Part shown: one piece after another, positions 52,261 through 62,696 of the stretch
How positions within the stretch are numbered: position 1 is the stretch's first letter
How the letters are laid out: each line of letters starts with the position of its first letter
From: Squalus acanthias
Taxonomy: Eukaryota
NCBI GenBank assembly: GCA_030390025.1
Contig: CM059432.1
Location: 42,224,001 to 42,288,000 of the forward strand
Direction: 5' to 3'
DNA: 64,000 nt
Translations under genes and position numbers: made by a program
The notes under the pieces: model-generated
The model's database searches: none
Seen by the model: the letters and a program-made list of their open reading frames with translations, nothing else
What the model was told of the DNA's origin: nothing

Positions 52261-53135
52261 GGCCGTGATTTTGCAAATGGATGAGGCTTGGGAGCGGGTC
52301 AGCTGGTTTCCGGGTTCCAATCCCGCCCCCAGCTGCATCCGGACCATGGACGTGATTTTCCCTTGGTTGACCTTGTTAAGCCCGCCCTGCAGGCTTGCCG
52401 GCCAATTAAGAGGAAGCCGGTCAGATGACGTCATTTGATGACGCGTCATCTGCCGGTTTTCTTAAAGGGACCATGCACAATTTTTTTTGACAGCTCTTTT
52501 CTCAGTGTTTGACAGCATTGAGGTGCTGCAAACACTGACGATCACTGTACAAAGGTGAGCTCTTGCACCCAGGCTCTCCAGTGACTTCCTCCTTAGGCTA
52601 GAACAGATGGCAGCTGCAGGTGAGGTTACAGAAGTGATCTGTCACTGGTGAAAGAGGTTCTCCCAATGAGGTGGGACTAGACATACAATTCAAAACTTGT
52701 TACCTACAGAAAAGTGTAAATGCATTAAAAATGATTTTCCCAACATTTTCTTATCTCTGAGACTCACCAGTGCACCATTGGATCCTTCACACCACTTCTG
52801 CAGCTGTCATCAATGCAGAAACATTACAGCAGACTCACAACACGCTACACTTACCTGGCGTGGTGTCCGGACATCGGGAAACCCGAGGCAGTAGTGGCAA
52901 AATTGAAAAAGAGCCCGTTAACAAGTATCAAGTACCTGTTAACAGGCAGGTAAGTGGCTATAATCCTCTTCCTGCCACTAGGTGTCGGGTCCATGCGCAA
53001 GTCGGAGACCCGACACTTGGAAAGATTGATTGGAGGCGGGTTGACAGCGGGTTTCCTACCCGCTGTCAATCTTTGCGATTTTGACAGCGGTCCCGCCTCC
53101 AAACCCGCCCTCTGACTGCCGGCTAAATCCAGCCC
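52261..53135 (+). mobile_element. Harbinger family B internally deleted MITE
   Basis: Termini GGCCGTGATTTT…TAAATCCAGCCC. The left part matches 62697-63030, and an internal block matches 63935-64000. Confidence 0.72.
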
Positions 53136-53249
53136 GATCATGTCCAAAATAAGATTTAAAATAAAATAAAAACATAAATGATTATATATTTCACAATAAC
53201 AGGATTAAATATACCCACTGACTTGTCTTTTGTACATTTTAATACCTTG

Positions 53250-54096
53250 GATGATCATAATTTAACATTTTAAGCCCCGGTATCATTCTGCACTGCACCT
53301 CCTCCATGGCCAATATATCTTTCCTGAGGTGTGGTGTCCAAAACTGAATGTAGTACTCCAGTTGGGGTCTGACCAAGCCTCTATACAACTGAAGCATAAC
53401 TTCCTCCACTTTGTATTCCAGCTCCTTTGAGATAAAGGCCAACATTTCATTAACCTTTTCGATTACCTTTTGTACCTGTCTACTGACTTTTAATGATTTG
53501 TGTACTTGGACTCCCAAATCACTTTGCTCTGCTGCTGTTCCTTATTTCTCACCATTTAGAAAATACCCTGATTTATCTTTCTGGATGACCTCACACTTGC
53601 CCGCATTGAACTCCGTTTGCCATAGTTTTACCCACTCACTTAACCTATCTATGTCCCTTTGGAACTTCCTGCTCCCATCTGCACAACTTACTATCCCTCC
53701 TAAATTAGTGTCATCTGCAAGCTTGGATATGCAACTCTCTATTCCTTCATCCAAGTCATTAATAAATATGGTGAAAAGTTTAGGCCACAGAACAGATCTC
53801 TGGGGAACACCAATTATCACATCCCACCAATCAGCGTACCTACCCTTTGGGCTGGATTTTGATACTGGGGCGGGTTGGGGTCGTGTTATCCACTTTTCGT
53901 GTTATCCACCCGACTGCAATTGGATGTGGGAGATTGATGCGATTTTCACCTAATTGGGCAATTGAGTTCCAGCATGTGGGAACCCATGACCAATTAGTGT
54001 TTTCAGTCTGAAAGTCGCCTCTGATGATGTCATCATTGCTGCTGCATTGAAAGTCTGCCTGGCCTTTGCTGTGAGAGGACCTGGATGCAAAATGAG

Positions 54097-54152
<56 letters not shown>

Positions 54153-54670
54153 TTGCTGTGAGAGGACCTGAAGGCAAAATGAGCAGCAGCAGCCCTACAT
54201 CTGCTCCCAGATATTTTTCCTGCTACTACTCCGTTGTAATAGTGGACCTGCACCTCATAGTCAGCTTTTCAAATGTGTTACCGCCAGGTTTCACAATCAT
54301 GGTTCAGAACAGGCGTGCTTCACGTAGAACAAGGGTTAAAATCACAAAGGCCTTTCAAAATAGCATTATAGAGCCAATTTAGTGCTTGTTAAGGGCCTTA
54401 ACAGCCTATCCCGCCTCTTAAAGGCGGGACAGAGTCGGGACCAGCAGACACGATTTAATGAAAATTGCGTGGAGGCGGGATGGAGGCGGACTTGTGCCTG
54501 CCCGCCCGCTTTTACAATTTTAACCCCCCACACGCCTCCAAACCCGCCTCCACACGTCAATGAAAATCCAGCCCTTTATCTCCACTCTCTGTCTCCTACA
54601 TCCAAACCAATTGGTAACCCAAGTCAAAAGGCTACCTCCAATTACGTGTGTTCTCATTTTTGCTAATATT
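53250..54670 (-). mobile_element. CR1 RT fragment split by MITE copy 2
   Basis: Motifs GVPQRSVL…INDL…KLADDT and LVRPQLEY…FW. Confidence 0.8.
53849..54574. mobile_element. Harbinger-type MITE, copy 2
   Basis: Perfect 12-bp TIRs, TTT TSD (53846-53848 and 54575-54577), and an internal (GA)n tract at ~54100-54151. Confidence 0.87.
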
Positions 54671-54996
54671 AATTGTGCCTATTAGGTGTCTGGAGCTCAC
54701 CATCTCAATGTTAATGCGTCCCAAGGCTCATTATTGGATGTGCCTCAGGCTAATCCATTCAGGCACAGTGATCATTCCCCAAGCCCCTGGTATGCCCAAA
54801 AATGGGCACGCTTGAACTTATAGGCCCAAGTGTCCTTGAAGACTAGCGATAGCCCTTGCAGCATACAATGTGAGTTGACAGAGTAGTTTTGAATAAATAA
54901 TATGCTTGAGTGTTTGCAGAGAAAGAATATGAGAGGTAAGTAGATGAGTGAAAGCTGCCTGAGTAGTAGTGGATGTGTATTGAGTGCCTAGGCTTA

Positions 54997-55200
54997 CTTT
55001 AGCCACCCTTGTAAGGTCATTGAGCCACTTCCAGCACTGTGTGGTAGTTCTTGGGGTGGTAGAGGTTGCACTGACTGCTTCTGCCACCTCCTTTCATACA
55101 GCCTGCACCACCCTCTTCTGGAGCTTCCTACCCTCAGTGCCCAATAATTTTACTCTTCTGGCCCTGATCTCTGCCAAAAGGGCCTCCAGAGATGCATCCA
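54997..55200 (-). pseudogene. Decayed Harbinger Myb/SANT exon 1, interrupted by a SINE
   Basis: Translation DASLEALLAEI…EVAEAVSA…RTTTQCWKWLNDLTRVAK, followed by a GTAAG donor. Confidence 0.7.
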
Positions 55201-55205
55201 AGAAT

Positions 55206-55621
55206 GGTAGCATAGTGGTTATGTTACTGGACTAGTAATCCAGAGGCCTGGACTGATGATCCGAAGACATGAGTTCATAATCCCACCATGGCAGCTGGGG
55301 AATTTAAATTCAGTTAATTAAATAAATCTGGAATAAAAAAGCTAGTATCAGTAATGGTGACCATGAAACTATCGGATTGTCATAAAAATCCATCTGGTTC
55401 ACTATTGTCCTTTAGGGAAGGAAATCTGCCGTCCTTACCTGGTCTGGCCTATATGTGACTCCAGACCCACAGCAATGTGGTTGACTCTTAACTGCTCTCT
55501 GAAATGGCCGAACAAGCCATTCAGTTGTCTCAGCATCACCTTCTCAAGGGCAGTTAGGGATAGGCAATAAATGCTGGCCTTGCCAGCGACGCCCACATCT
55601 CATGAATGAATTTTAAAAAAA
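55206..55621 (+). mobile_element. Full-length tRNA-derived SINE (head and tail of the 44701 LINE)
   Basis: A-box TAGCATAGTGG, anticodon arm CTGGA-CTAGTAA-TCCAG, B-box-like GAGTTCATAATCC, and the LINE 3' tail. Confidence 0.88.
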
Positions 55622-56338
55622 TCTGGAAGCCTTTCCAGCTGCAAGACACTCCCGAGGACACTCTGAGGCTGCAGCTGCTTCAGGATTTCTTGCAGCAAAA
55701 TGATGTTGCTCTTTAACTGATTGTTGCCTTTTAAAGGCTGCACCAGAACTGAATTTCCGTCCCTCCCAGTGGTGGTAAACCCATTAGGTTACCAAATCTT
55801 CCCTCCATATCAATTGCAGTGGATTAGAGGTAGATTTACATTGGTGGATTGTATTCCCACTAATTTGCCAATGGATTGGAAATCCAGTTTGTGGTGTCGA
55901 TAGGGGCATGATGCGGAGATGCCGGTGTTGGACTGGGGTAGACAAAATTGAGAGGTCGCACAACACCAGGTTATAGTCCAAGGGGTAGAAATTAGGTCGC
56001 GCCCCATTTGGGGCGCAAATATCGTCCGGACGCAAATATTAGCGCCTGGCGCTAATTATCGGCACTGACAGGAAACTTCACTTTTACCGCCCCGGGAGGT
56101 GAGTGGAGCGCTAAAGCAGGCGCTGCACACCTGTCTTAAGGCGCAAAGGCCAAGGAGTGAGGCGCTAACTCAGCGCGCGAGCGCAGCGCAGCTGCTGCCA
56201 GTTAGCGAGGGAACACAGACACACTGGCGCCGGACACTTCTTAAAGCGGGGGGGGCCACTTGCTCCCCAGCCACACCCTGCTCATTGCAGCCTTGAATCT
56301 CAGCCTGGAGAGACCTGTAATCCATTTTGCTGCCAAGC

Positions 56339-58161
56339 ATGGAGAGGGTGAGAGAACGCGCTCATCGCTTCACTGAGCGGGCCTTGGATGCTCTGGTTGA
56401 CGCAGTGGAGCGCAGACGATGTATGCTGTTCCCTGAGAGTGGCAGGAGGCCTTTGCCACGCGAGTTCAGAAGAGTGTGGAGGGAGGTGGCTCAGAGCGTC
56501 TCCTCCAGGAGCATGGTGCCCAGGACCCATACTCAATGCCGCAAAAAGTTCAACGACCTCACTCGGGTCGTCAGGGTGAGTGGCTTTTTCTCAATACCTC
56601 TCCATCCCTCCATCTCAACCTCACTCTATGGCCAGAGGGTCTTAAAACCCCAATGCACAACACTCATCCAACACCTATGGCCCTTTCATCAAACACACAC
56701 ACACATTCCACACTTTGCATACAGTAAGGGCTATTCACCTATGGGAGGCACATCAGGCAAGACCATGGCTGTATATTGTAAGGGCTATTCACCTATGGGA
56801 GGCACATCAGGCAAGACCATGGCTGTATATTTACTCAGATGCTGTCCTTTTTCTTGCAGGCTAAGCTGGCTCATAATAGGAGACAGCAGCAACGGACAGG
56901 TGGAGGGCGGCTTCAGCTGCAACCCCTCAGTGATCTGGAGGAGCGCGTCCACAGGATTGTGGCAAGCCGGGTGATCGGTCCCGTCGCCACTGGAGACGCC
57001 GACCCCGTTGTGGACAGCAATGGTAAGGTCATCACCTTTTTGTCCTCTGTCCTTCCACTTGTCCCTCACAATACCAGCCTTTGACACTTTCAATCCAACT
57101 TGCTAACTCGCTGCACTTATTCCTCCCTTACTGCCACCCTGTCCTCACGCTAAAGCCACTCTTGTACCTCCCTGCTTTCAGATGGTGATTCACCAGCTGA
57201 GGAGACGGGCCCTGAAGCTGCCACTGGGAGTGATGCTGCAGCTGAGGAGGAAGAGGAAGCCAGAGCATCAGTGCCACCCTCTCCCGAGGAAGCCCATGCC
57301 CACACTGGGAACACGCCTTCCCCGGAGGGGAGCAGGGGGGAAGGGGCTGATGATGGTGAAGCTCCAGGACCCAGCGGGCTGCAGCAACGCCATGGGGGGG
57401 GTAGGGAAGAACGGGGGCCTTCTCCCCAGAGGGAGAGTATGCCAGACACTCCTACTGCAATGGACGCAGAGGAGGAGCGGCTGATTGCAGAAATGAACAC
57501 CCAGGCGGTGGGCATGCACACTGAGCTCATGGGTGCAGTGGGAAGGGTGCCCGATTGCATCGAGTCACTGGCAAGGAGTGTGGAGCACTTCGCTGTAGCA
57601 CAGGCGGATGCCACACTAACGCTTAGTGCTGCAATTCAGTCACTGGCTGCCGTGATCCCACCTCTGACTGCTCTCATACAGACTCAGATGGAGGCCACGC
57701 GAGCACAGACTGCTGCCAACCTCGATGGTTCGTGCACATGTCCCCGGGGCTGTCACCGCGCCGCAGCAGGCCAGCAATCTGTTCTCCGGCAAATTGCTCC
57801 GGATGCTGAAGTGCTGCCCCGTGGGAGTGCCAGTGTGTCGGGCGAGCAGGGAGTTGCTGGCCTCTCTCACGATGACAGCATTCCTGCTGCCAACACTGTC
57901 ACTTCTCCACTGCACTTGCCACCGCCTGTAGGACAGACTGCTGCCGCCCATGCAGAGTTGGTGCAGTCTGCAGCCGGGCCCTCCAGGCCCAGAAGTGATC
58001 GAGGCCGTCCTTCAGGGGCATCTGCAGTGTCAGGGTCTGACGAGCAGCAGCCTTCCACCAGCCTTGCTGCAGCCACTGAGGTCCCATTACGGAGGAGCAG
58101 TAGGGTTAGAAGGGGGGAAGTGCGCAAGGGAAGGAGATCACCCTCGAAGGGCAAAAAGTAG
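56339..58161 (+). CDS. Harbinger Myb/SANT-like DNA-binding protein; exons 56339-56575, 56860-57022, 57182-58161 (459 aa predicted)
   Basis: Motif RFTERALDALV…VWREVA…RTHTQCRKKFNDL. GT-AG introns (phase 0 and phase 1) join into one stop-free frame, with exon 2 AKLAHNRRQQQRTGGG and a basic C-terminus. Confidence 0.85.
56724..56831 (+). repeat. Perfect 54-bp tandem duplication in Myb intron 1
   Basis: GTAAGGGCTATTCACC…GCTGTATATT occurs at 56724 and 56778. Confidence 0.9.
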
Positions 58162-58455
58162 GAGGTGTGACAAAATGCTAGTCATTTTTTTATTAAAGGC
58201 CGAGGTTCATGGTCCAACTTTTGTTTAGTGTTTTGGACATTATCTCCAGGTTGTGAGAACCAGTTATGTTATTGACTGTTTTTTTGTGTTTATTTCTATG
58301 AGTTTGTCATGAGGAATTGACACACACAGAGTTTGTAAAATAAATAAGTTTCTGTATTCAAAATATACATGGCTGGTGGTTGGAATTATTGGTGCCTTGG
58401 CCGGCTTAGGGGTTGCGTGCTGGGTTGATTAGTGTTTGTAGCAATGGCAGGGGCC

Positions 58456-59616
58456 CTAGAAGCGGCTTGCTATTAGTCGTTGACGGACGGCCCTTGCAGT
58501 TTGACCATTGTGGGCCGCCCTCCTGCCTTGGTGCTGCTGATGATCATCGTCCTCGTCCTCTTCCTCCTCTTCCTCCTCCTCCTCTGGTGGTGCTACAAGG
58601 CCTGGTGGCATTGGCTGGGTCCTGAGGATTGCCATGTTGTGCAACATGCAGCACACGACTACGAAGTTCGAAACTTGCTCAGGCGAGTACTGCAGGGCTC
58701 CTCCGGAATGGTCCAGACAGCGGAACCGTTGTTTCAGCACGCCGATTGTGCGCTCAATAATGTTCCTGGTTGCTTGATGGCTTTCATTGTACCGCAGCTC
58801 AGCAGGGGTGTTTGGCGTATGGAGCGGTGTCATCAGCCAGGTGCTCAATGCGTACCCCTTGTCCCCCAGAAGCCAACCAACTGTCTGATGCGGTGCCTCG
58901 AAAACTTCTGCCACAGTAGGCTGGCGCAGGATGAAAGCATCGTGGCAGCTGCCCGGATAGTGGGCATTGACAGCGAGTATCACCTGTCTGTGGTCACAGA
59001 CCAACTGAACATTCAAGGAATGGAACCCCTTTCTGTTCCTGAATTCCTCTGCATTCTCTCGCGGAGCACGCAAAGCCACATGCGTGCAGTCAATGGCGCC
59101 CTGCACCATGGGGAAGCCCGCTACCCTCGCAAAGCCCAAAGCACGGTCACGCTGCTTGTCTGGGGTCATAGGGAAAGAGATGAAGTCTCGTCTCCTTCTG
59201 AAGAGGGCATTGGTGACCTGCCGGATGCAGCGATGCACCGCAAACTGGGAGATATTGGCGAGGTCCCCAACAGCAGCTTGGAATGAGCCAGTGGCGTAGA
59301 AGTTCAAAGCCACTGTGACCTTCACTGCCACCGACAGAGACGTCCTGGACCTCAGCTGAGGCTGCAGATCTGGCTGCAGCAGGTGGCAGAGCTCAGTGAC
59401 CACCTCCTTGCTGAATCGCAGCCTTCGCAAACACAGCTCCTCGGACATATGGATGTAGGAGAGCTGTTCACGATATACCCTGGGAGGGTAAGCTCTCCTG
59501 TACATGCGCCTGATGGCCCTCCTCCGTCTGGCCATCATTGCCACTCTCTGTCTGCGTCTTGGTATCCTCCGATTCAGCTGGAGCAGGACGACGCCCCCAA
59601 TCATTGCAGCCCCCAT
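58456..59616 (-). CDS. Harbinger DDE transposase (HARBI1-like family), 386 aa from the first ATG, intact
   Basis: Catalytic motifs GAIDCTH, LLGDKGY and IIERTIGVLKQRF, plus NRKGFHSLNVQ and CCMLHN. Confidence 0.93.
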   Translation of the reverse strand: MGAAMIGGVVLLQLNRRIPRRRQRVAMMARRRRAIRRMYRRAYPPRVYREQLSYIHMSEELCLRRLRFSKEVVTELCHLLQPDLQPQLRSRTSLSVAVKVTVALNFYATGSFQAAVGDLANISQFAVHRCIRQVTNALFRRRRDFISFPMTPDKQRDRALGFARVAGFPMVQGAIDCTHVALRAPRENAEEFRNRKGFHSLNVQLVCDHRQVILAVNAHYPGSCHDAFILRQPTVAEVFEAPHQTVGWLLGDKGYALSTWLMTPLHTPNTPAELRYNESHQATRNIIERTIGVLKQRFRCLDHSGGALQYSPEQVSNFVVVCCMLHNMAILRTQPMPPGLVAPPEEEEEEEEEDEDDDHQQHQGRRAAHNGQTARAVRQRLIASRF

Positions 59617-61990
59617 ATTCTCTTTGCCAGAAAAGTAATGAGGTACAGCAACTAAAGTAGCAACAAAGTTAGGATGAATAGGCAAAACTACCTCACAAAG
59701 CGTTGAGTCAATGTAGAAGTCTCTCTCTCTCTCTCTCCGAATCTCTCTCTCTCTCTCAGAACGAGTGGTGCATAAATGTCGACCACAGAAAAAGACAGGA
59801 AGAGGCCCCCTTTAAATAGCGCCCCCCCCAGCCCCACACCGATTGATAGCGTTCCAGTCTTCCGGTCGTTGGAAGCGCCAGGCGGTAAGGCAGGGGGCGC
59901 CACTCAATTTCCGCTCCGGGGTGCCCCAAGGGCGTTGCACCATGGAATGACGTCACAATCTGCGCGCGCAGGTGGTCGCAGCGGTAAGTTTTAGCGCCGC
60001 CGCACAATCTCAAGTTAAGTTCTCGAGCGGCGCAAACATTGCTGCGCCCGGGCGTTAGCGGCTTAACGCCCCATTAGCGCCCTCTTAAGGCGCTAACGGG
60101 AGGCGCAACCAAGTGAATTTTTACCCCCAACAGTTTTATTTGAAATCACAAGCTTTCGGAGCTTACTACTCCTTCACCCGACGAAGGAGTAGTAAGCTCC
60201 GAAAGCTTGTGATTTCAAATAAAACTGTTGGACTATAACCTGGTGTTGTGCGACTTCTCAATTTTGGAAATCCAGGCCAGGGAATCTCACCCTCAAAAAT
60301 CCCCAAAATGGATTAATAGGGAGAAAAGTCTACCAGGACAAATCTGCTATTGATTACATAATAAAGCCTGATGCCTTAATTTCAAATTCATGTATCTTTT
60401 GCCCAGGCTATTACTTGGCCTACCTTGAAATGTCTAAGCTATAATAAGGATAGATGTATACTGTCACCAATGTCCTATAAATTATTTAACAAGATTTTTT
60501 TTAAATCCTTGTTTCTTCTTTTTTAACTACAGACTGCAATGCTTCTGCACAACCCAGGTAACTGGAACTTACTAATTGGTCAATTTTATGCTTATGAAAC
60601 CAACTTGAAATTGACAAACACATCATTGAAAATGAGAAGCTGCAGTTTTGATTACTGCCAGGTACTGATTTTCTCTTGTAGCATCAAACTGTTTTTATAG
60701 ATTTATTGCAGACAGAAGCTATTACTATATTAGTTTTCACTTTCAGCGCCCATCATATTTAGTGCATGTACTATAAATCGTAACGCAGCAGAAAGCTGTG
60801 GCTGCAAGGTAGCACTACAAATCACTGAGTAGATGACTGATCTATGATGATCTGTCCAGGAATGTCAATGATACCAGTGGATAAGGTGTAATGGAGACCT
60901 CCAAGTGCTGCTTAAAGGCTTAGGGGATTCTTTCTGTGTATGTTTTCATCAAGGTGAGCTATAGTAATCTTGGAGCATTCAAATGTTTTCCCACTTGATA
61001 TCCATCAATAGTGTCAAGGCCTCCTCAGTCATGTCTGGCATAGTCCAGTGTATTAGAATCAATGCCAAACTGAAGGATAAACCAGAAGTGGACTAAGTTT
61101 TACCTGATTTCAAATGTATTCGCAAAACAATAAGGTCTGGCCCTGTTTGGACTACTATGCATTAAAAGGTAACTGTCTCTGTTTCAAAATTAAATAAATA
61201 TGGGGATGATTTTCTCCTGATATGTCAGTGGTGCAGATGGATCGGAAAGTTTGGGAAGAGTTGTTACCCTGAAAGGGCACCCGGAAGCACACTACGAGGT
61301 ATTTTCAGCACTTGCTGTGAGGTAAGTCAGGAGGCTCATAATTTAAGTGTATGCAGGCCTCAAAAAGGGGGCAAAAAACAAGGCGTTCCTCAACATATTT
61401 TCCATGGTTTGCTCTCTAATTGTGATGCGATCACTAAAAGCTAATTTTACACAGGCACATTTGGCAATTCACTTCCTGGTGCTTCCCTTAAAGCTCTGTT
61501 TAGCTGCATTGGGTGAGAGTGTGAAGTATTTACTTCTTTGGCTTTTTGGTTTGCTTTTGGTGAATTTAGTTTGATTCATTTTTTTGGAGCTATTTTTGAA
61601 GTGTTTTAATTTCTTCTCTTTATCTACCATTGAAGGGAGTTTTGCTCTCAATTCAAACACTCTAAACTGGTAGATGGGCATTCCTCTGGGAATTCCTCAC
61701 CCTCGGGGAGCTTGATTATACATAGTTGCATGTTCAGCTTTGGCCTTGTGCAGGGAACCAGCTTAATGGGACATATGAAAAATCTGGTCAGCAGATCAAG
61801 TTTAGAGGATGTGTGCACTTAAAGTTAAGCAGCTGCATCTGGGAATAAATAGCGTTTTTAAAAGGTTCGCAGTGTGCACAGATGTAAAATAATTCCTTTG
61901 CGCAGCTATCGTGGTTCTCAACACCTTATTGTAAATTTCTCTTCTGTTACAGCACTTGCTGTCTGAGACCATCACCACAATTTGTATACA

Positions 61991-62086
61991 AAAGCAAAAT
62001 ACTGTGGATGCTGGAAATCTGAAATAAAACAGAAAATGCTGGAAATACTCAGCAGGTCAGGCAGCATCTGTGGATAGAGAAACAGA
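61991..62086 (-). mobile_element. PLE family 2 3' stub, cut by a Harbinger end
   Basis: Matches 19075-19166. Confidence 0.8.
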
Positions 62087-62258
62087 GGCCGGGATTTTAC
62101 TTACCTGGGCGGGTCCGGTACGGGCCATGTCAGTGGCGGGTCGCGGCCCCCCTGCTGGCTCCATCCCGCTGGCCAAAATGAACTTCTGTTGATAGGGCTT
62201 GTTAAGCCCACCGAGTGCGTTCCCCGGTCCAATTAGAGGAAGCTGGTCTGGTGACGTC
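62087..62258 (+). mobile_element. Harbinger family B left-end fragment
   Basis: TIR GGCCGGGATTTT; homologous to 62697-62870. Confidence 0.78.
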
Positions 62259-62696
62259 ATTGTTATTGCTAGGTTCTCCTTGCTGGTTAATCAAAATTTA
62301 TATATATATATAAATCTTTCGTAGTTTCTCACTGGTAATTTTCCAGCCATTTTATAAGAACAGAGGGACAGGGGTAGATCATTCAGCCCCTTGAGAATGT
62401 TCTGCCATTCAATCAGATTATGGCTGATCTGTACCTCAACCCCATTTCCCCGTCTTTGATCCATATCCCTTGATATCCTTACCTAACAAAATTCTATCGA
62501 TCTCAGTCTTGAAAGTTTTAATTAACCCAGCATCCACAGCCTTTTGGGATACCGAGTTCCAGATTTCTACTACCCTTTCTATGAAGAAGCGCTTGATTTC
62601 ACTCCTAAATGGCCCTGATTTAATTTTAAGTTTATGTCCCTTTTTATTTTATATATATAGTATATTTTACTTACATTTGATCCATACATTCTCACC
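62259..62696 (-). repeat. Inverted duplicate of 51762-52161
   Basis: Reverse-complement match. This copy retains ~33 bp of CR1 sequence that is deleted in the other copy. Confidence 0.88.

Larger units (their letters stand above)
55982..60127. mobile_element. Full-length autonomous PIF/Harbinger DNA transposon (family A, 4146 bp)
   Basis: TIRs GGGGTAGAAATT and AATTTTTACCCC (11/12 match). CAA TSD at 55979-55981 and 60128-60130. Two convergent genes. Confidence 0.95.
55907..60263. mobile_element. PLE family 1 mini fold-back element split by the Harbinger (parts 55907-55981 and 60131-60263)
   Basis: When rejoined, the sequence is closely similar to the 19763 palindrome. The hammerhead at 60174-60212 has a mutated core (CCGACGA). 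Probable TSD TTGGAAATCCAG at 55876-55887 and 60264-60275. Confidence 0.88.

Noticed and set aside
55206..55290. Functional tRNA gene
   Set aside because: It has an extra duplicated arm and continues into a SINE body and LINE tail.
56327..56974. 215-aa unspliced ORF as the Myb protein
   Set aside because: It reads through intron 1, including the 54-bp duplication, and enters exon 2 out of frame. The spliced model matches the family B exon structure.
58480..59286. 268-aa + strand ORF
   Set aside because: It is the antisense shadow of the transposase and has no recognisable motif.
58456..59616. Domesticated host gene HARBI1
   Set aside because: It is flanked by TIRs and a TSD, paired with a Myb gene and inserted in a young repeat, so it is a transposon copy.
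59617..59685. N-terminal extension of the transposase in the ORF track
   Set aside because: It starts at TTG; the first ATG is at 59616.
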